Shown piece by piece: positions 61,576-64,000 of a DNA stretch of 64,000 nt. The notes under the pieces were generated by a model that made no database searches, had not been told where the DNA came from, and saw only the letters and a list, made by a program, of their open reading frames with translations. The DNA is from Candidatus Nomurabacteria bacterium (lineage in GTDB: Bacteria > Patescibacteriota > Saccharimonadia > Saccharimonadales > JAGQNJ01), in contig CP060231.1 of assembly GCA_023898625.1 (NCBI GenBank), forward strand, positions 148,258 to 212,257. The letters run 5' to 3'. Position numbers and translations under genes: made by a program. Position 1 is the first letter of the stretch. Every line of letters begins with the position of its first letter.

Positions 61576-61601
61576 AGATGTAATTTTACAGAATTACATC
61601 T
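61576..61601 (-). terminator. Hairpin downstream of the NUDIX gene
   Basis: AGATGTAATT-TTACAG-AATTACATCT 10-bp stem. Confidence 0.5.
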
Positions 61602-61607
61602 AGTTAT

Positions 61608-62180
61608 TCAATTGTAATTATTGATCTTAAAATTCTGGCTTTCCAAAAAATTGTTGAGTTTCTGAATAGCTAAACGAGCGCCTGGTTCAAAAACTTCCGG
61701 TTGTTGCTCGCTCAATTCTATAACATCGTTGGGGCACATCCAGGTAACTTCTTGAACTTCATCATTTGGCTTAACCTCACCGTCTGTTTTTTCATCGTAT
61801 GGAGCAATATAAAGCTTTGTCCACTCAGGAATTTCAACAGCACCCCTCAATAGATAATGGCCAATAACCTGCAATTTTTCACCTACCTCAATACCGAGCT
61901 CTTCTTGTGTTTCACGTCTTGCGGCAACCAAATAGTCACCAACTTCGCCTTCTTCTGATAAATCAGTTGTATCAACCCAGCCATCCGCACTACAATCAAT
62001 TAACCCAGGATTATTCACACTTCCGCTACGCTTTTGTAACAGTATCTCACCATCGTCATTAAGCATGAATACTCTGGCAACTCGTGCTGGCAGTTCTAGT
62101 TCTCTAATAACACTCAGTTGTGCCTCTCCAACAACTTTATCGCTCCAAGTAATAAGAGGCACATCTGGGTATTTACTCAT
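61608..62180 (-). CDS. NUDIX hydrolase
   Basis: 190-aa ORF. The Nudix box is visible around ...AARRETQEELGIE.... Confidence 0.85.
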   Translation of the reverse strand: MSKYPDVPLITWSDKVVGEAQLSVIRELELPARVARVFMLNDDGEILLQKRSGSVNNPGLIDCSADGWVDTTDLSEEGEVGDYLVAARRETQEELGIEVGEKLQVIGHYLLRGAVEIPEWTKLYIAPYDEKTDGEVKPNDEVQEVTWMCPNDVIELSEQQPEVFEPGARLAIQKLNNFLESQNFKINNYN

Positions 62181-62198
62181 GAACTTTATAATAACATA

Positions 62199-63332
62199 CT
62201 ATGGGCATTTATACAAGTTTTGTTTATTAATTCCTCTAATAACCCGGTATTCTTCACAAATACGCTGGAGATAACGAATATTATGGATTGACGCTAAGGT
62301 ACCGGCTAAAGGCTCACCAGATTTAAATTGATGTCGTAAAAAGCCCTTACTAAACCCTTGTTTACAAGTGTAACAATCGCAAGCATCATCAACGACTGAA
62401 TCATCATTATTGAATTTTTTATTTGTTAAATGAATACGCTGATCGCCCGTAACCCAAACAGTTGCATGACGAGCATTTCTGGTTGGCAACACACAATCAA
62501 ACATATCAATTCCATGCTCAATACCATACCTAACATCAATAGGATCGCCTACACCCAGTAAGAATCTTGGCCTAGGTGAGTTGTCGTATAGAGTTGATAG
62601 GTATGAAATCATACTATGCATCTCTTCGCGCGACTCCCCTACCGATAAACCACCTATGGCTATTCCGTCAACTTCACTTGCTTGAATTAGCTCCAGGCTT
62701 TTCTTGCGCAAATCTTTATTTAATCCACCCTGAACAACACCGAACAACAAAGGCTTTTCTTGAGGACTCATATCTTTAGTAAGTTTCTTGAATTCAGCAA
62801 TATTTCTTTCTAACCACCGATGAGTACGTTCAAAAGCTTCTAGAGTTCTATCTCTGCCCTTATCATCAAGAGCGGTAACATCATCAAACACCACCATCAT
62901 ATCAGCCCCTAATTTAAGCTGTATTTGAATAGACTTTTCTGGCGACAAAAATATTGTATCTCCCGTTTTGGGATCTTTGAAAGTTACGCCTTCCTCTGTA
63001 ATCTTGTTTATATGAGCCAAAGAAAAAACCTGAAACCCACCAGAATCAGTAAGTAGTGGTAGTGATTGATTTGTAAAACTATGCAAGCCCCCCAGGCGCT
63101 CAATGGTGTCCTCACCAGGCTGTAAATGAAGATGGTACGTATTGGCTAGAACGGCTTGCACCCCTGTAGACTGTACCATTTCTGGAGTTAAACTTTTAAC
63201 TGCACCACGAGTTCCGTCTGGCATAAAAGTTGGCGTAAGAATATCTCCAGCGCGGGTAGATAAAACACCAGATCTTATACCATTTATGGTATTTGTTACT
63301 TTAAATACTCTGTTTGTTGTGGTGGGTTTCAT
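62199..63332 (-). CDS. tgt: Queuine tRNA-ribosyltransferase (tRNA-guanine transglycosylase)
   Basis: 377-aa ORF. TPTFMPDGT, LTDSGGFQVFSL, FGVVQGG and the zinc site CDCYTC...H. Confidence 0.95.
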   Translation of the reverse strand: MKPTTTNRVFKVTNTINGIRSGVLSTRAGDILTPTFMPDGTRGAVKSLTPEMVQSTGVQAVLANTYHLHLQPGEDTIERLGGLHSFTNQSLPLLTDSGGFQVFSLAHINKITEEGVTFKDPKTGDTIFLSPEKSIQIQLKLGADMMVVFDDVTALDDKGRDRTLEAFERTHRWLERNIAEFKKLTKDMSPQEKPLLFGVVQGGLNKDLRKKSLELIQASEVDGIAIGGLSVGESREEMHSMISYLSTLYDNSPRPRFLLGVGDPIDVRYGIEHGIDMFDCVLPTRNARHATVWVTGDQRIHLTNKKFNNDDSVVDDACDCYTCKQGFSKGFLRHQFKSGEPLAGTLASIHNIRYLQRICEEYRVIRGINKQNLYKCP

Positions 63333-63365
63333 TAATCAAATTATATCATTTTTTACCCACAATTG

Positions 63366-63394
63366 TTGACAGTTTGTGGGTAGCCTGATAAACT
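63366..63394 (+). promoter_or_regulatory. Sigma-70-like promoter candidate (divergent from tgt)
   Basis: TTGACA (63366-63371), 17-nt spacer, TAAACT (63389-63394). Confidence 0.4.
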
Positions 63395-63399
63395 ATTTA

Positions 63400-63632
63400 G
63401 GTTAAACGAGGCACTCTATTTTGAGTAGCAATAAGCAAAAGTCCCCGTTAGAGGACTTTAAGCTGTTCTACGAGGAGCTCGTATTTATAACAGGTCGAAA
63501 GTCTGTTAATCGCATACAGCGACCCCGTTTAGCAGTGGCTGACTCGAAGTAACAACGAAGTTAGCTAATAAAGACCCTTTTGTGAGTTTTGAGAGACCCC
63601 ACAAGAGGGTTTTTTGTTTGCCCACAGAAATT
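63400..63632 (+). ncRNA. Candidate ~230-nt structured RNA, or riboswitch-like leader of the NrdR-like gene; class unknown
   Basis: Hairpins AAGTCC...GGACTT, TACGAG-GAG-CTCGTA and AACAGGT-CGAAA-GTCTGTT, enclosed by GCTGT...ACAGC. A further GCTGACT...AGTTAGC helix. Terminator ACCCTTTTGTG...CACAAGAGGGT followed by TTTTTT (63583-63630). Confidence 0.35.
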
Positions 63633-63737
63633 TTGGAGTTTTCCACTAGACTTTTTATAAGCGTTATGACAATATGTTGTTATGGTTGGGACTTATGTAC
63701 AAATAATTAAACAAAATATGGTAGGGAGCGAGCTAAG

Positions 63738-64000
63738 ATGAAATGTCTCTATTGCAAAGGGACTACTCGGGTAACAAACAGTCGCTCTCAAAAACGCTCT
63801 AACACCATCTGGAGGCGCAGGAAGTGCCTGCAATGCGGTAATGTTATTTCTACCATTGAATCAATAAACTATGAATCTACGCTTCGTGTGAAGCTCACAG
63901 ATGGTAAATTTACTGTGTTCGACCCCAATATTTTGATGATAAGTATCTATGAGTCTGTTAGGCATCGCTCAAACCCTATAAAAGATGCCTCTGAACTGAC
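63738..64000 (+). CDS. Second NrdR-like protein (zinc ribbon + start of ATP-cone), truncated by the window edge
   Basis: Own translation from ATG 63738: MKCLYCKGTTRVTNSRSQKRSNTIWRRRKCLQCGNVISTIESINYESTLRVKLTDGKFTVFDPN.... It has the same CxxC...RRRxCxxC architecture as nrdR at 6744..7220. Confidence 0.75.
   Translation, partial: MKCLYCKGTTRVTNSRSQKRSNTIWRRRKCLQCGNVISTIESINYESTLRVKLTDGKFTVFDPNILMISIYESVRHRSNPIKDASEL

Noticed and set aside
63400-63632. Cobalamin riboswitch on the minus strand (CAGCCACTGC contains the B12-box core GCCACTG; nrdJ is B12-dependent).
   Set aside because: Only this heptamer matches; the other conserved cobalamin-riboswitch blocks are absent. The downstream gene on that strand is tgt, and the promoter and terminator signals are on the plus strand.

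Overview
This is a low-GC (roughly 35-40% by eye), very gene-dense bacterial chromosome segment read under the standard code (TGA is used as a stop, e.g. queA). The gene content and rRNA peculiarities suggest a reduced-genome, Gram-positive-like CPR/Patescibacteria organism, probably Saccharibacteria. That assignment is inference, not a database hit.

Order of content:
- ileS (partial)
- an EcoRI-like MTase plus DUF262-HNH nuclease pair
- nrdR-nrdJ, ftsA-ftsZ, map, adk, rpsU, priA, def-fmt, infB, rpsA
- a ROK kinase, an M14 peptidase and ridA
- a split rRNA locus: 23S-5S at 26.1-29.9 kb and 16S at 34.3-35.8 kb, separated by 4.4 kb holding GH114, APH-like kinase and SDR genes plus opposite-strand tRNA-Ala/tRNA-Ile
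- a frameshifted gyrA next to an intact gyrB
- an LPXTG surface protein / VirD4-like ATPase cluster
- a 1.45 kb ORF-free AT-rich region
- comM, infC-rpmI-rplT, RNase P RNA, an ASCH-RNase H fusion, queA, tRNA-Pro, rpmB, miaA, thrS, tRNA-Val, a NUDIX gene, tgt and a second NrdR-like gene (partial)

Most interesting observations:
1. A conserved ~95-nt three-hairpin RNA module occurs twice. Each copy is embedded in a degenerate copy of the neighbouring tRNA: in the T-loop of a tRNA-Ile 3' half, and in the anticodon loop of a tRNA-Pro-like gene. The two copies differ by compensatory base changes.
2. The intact tRNA-Pro is bracketed by 21/22-nt inverted repeats and preceded by an orphan tRNA 5' half.
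3. The rRNA genes are unlinked. The 23S carries three large insertions, a two-hairpin module is shared between the 23S and the 16S trailer, and 38 nt of the 16S 5' end is perfectly duplicated.
4. gyrA carries at least 4 frameshifts within about 280 bp.
5. A perfect (CCTCAA)28 repeat encodes (PQ)28 in the VirD4-like ATPase.
6. Several promoter/terminator-bounded candidate RNAs have no class I can assign.
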